This document shows positions 34,075 to 34,489 of a stretch of 34,489 nucleotides of DNA, in pieces. Position 1 is the stretch's first letter; each line of letters starts with the position of its first letter. A model generated the notes under the pieces. It saw only the letters and a program-made list of their open reading frames with translations, was not told the DNA's origin and ran no database searches. The translations under genes were made by a program, and so were the position numbers. The DNA is from Candidatus Hydrothermarchaeota archaeon (GTDB lineage Archaea > CAYFZR01): the NCBI GenBank assembly GCA_046760505.1, contig JBHIEG010000022.1, forward strand, positions 1 to 34,489. The letters are read 5' to 3'.

Positions 34075-34489
34075 AAAATAGATGACAGAAATAGGTGCTT
34101 TTGGTATTATTTTGTTTTATCAGAGTATCTCCATGCAACTTCAAAATTTTGTTTAAGACACTTAACGCATGATGAATATTCTATTGTTGAGATTTCGAAG
34201 ATGTCATCATCAAGCCACAGTAAGTTGTAAACCATATCTGAAAAGGTTACAGAACCCGTGTTTACATCTTTTCCCTTCCAATTCGCGTATATCCTACTTT
34301 AGTAACAGATACGGGGCATAATCTTTTTATTTCTTCTGAAGGTTCTTCTCCAAGGGGTAAAATTATCTTAAGATCTTTATTTTGGGATCGAATTTATTGC
34401 ATTAGTCTTTTTGATAATTTTCTTTTTCGAGATTTTAATGGCGAGAATTCGCAAAATGGAAAGGAACTGAGATCTTGAAGTAAAAAATG

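Noticed and set aside
34107-34400. Start-less minus-strand frames (IYANWKGKD...CVKC... and QNKDLKIILPLGEEP...)
   Set aside because: Possibly gene debris, but no recognisable family; BLASTX would be needed.

Overview
AT-rich archaeal chromosomal DNA from a methanogen-related euryarchaeon. Evidence: archaeal ThrRS, RFC-L, L40e, archaeal ThyA, a short corrinoid-dependent methionine synthase and a probable methanogenesis marker protein 14; finer taxonomy cannot be fixed by eye. Layout: (1) 1-10327, an eight-gene (+) cell-envelope glycan cluster with four GT-C-fold membrane proteins (three are AglB/STT3-like paralogues lacking WWDYG, and one of these is fused to a CE4 deacetylase), a GT4, a Wzy-like polymerase and an AglH/Alg7-type initiating transferase. 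(2) rfcL, a thioredoxin-V4R-V4R fusion, tRNA-Ser(CGA), iscS, yjbQ, thrS, a K+ channel with a separate RCK subunit, and a MacB-type permease that is on the minus strand although the ORF track labels it +. (3) About 19.5-22.8 kb, an accessory patch at the 3' end of tRNA-Leu(TAA): a polyprenol kinase-like gene, two small genes missing from the track (a 59-aa ribbon-helix-helix protein and a divergent 44-aa four-Cys microprotein), a beta-propeller with recent 120-bp duplications and a decayed AbiE toxin-antitoxin pair. (4) rpl40e, then a coupled minus-strand run of S-layer-domain protein, mmp14, core methionine synthase and thyA. (5) smc-scpA-scpB, hsp20, two unknowns and a small J-domain protein. 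Best candidates for undescribed systems are the glycan cluster, the mmp14-methionine synthase-thyA operon and the RHH/microprotein module. All family calls are motif recognition by eye; no searches were run.
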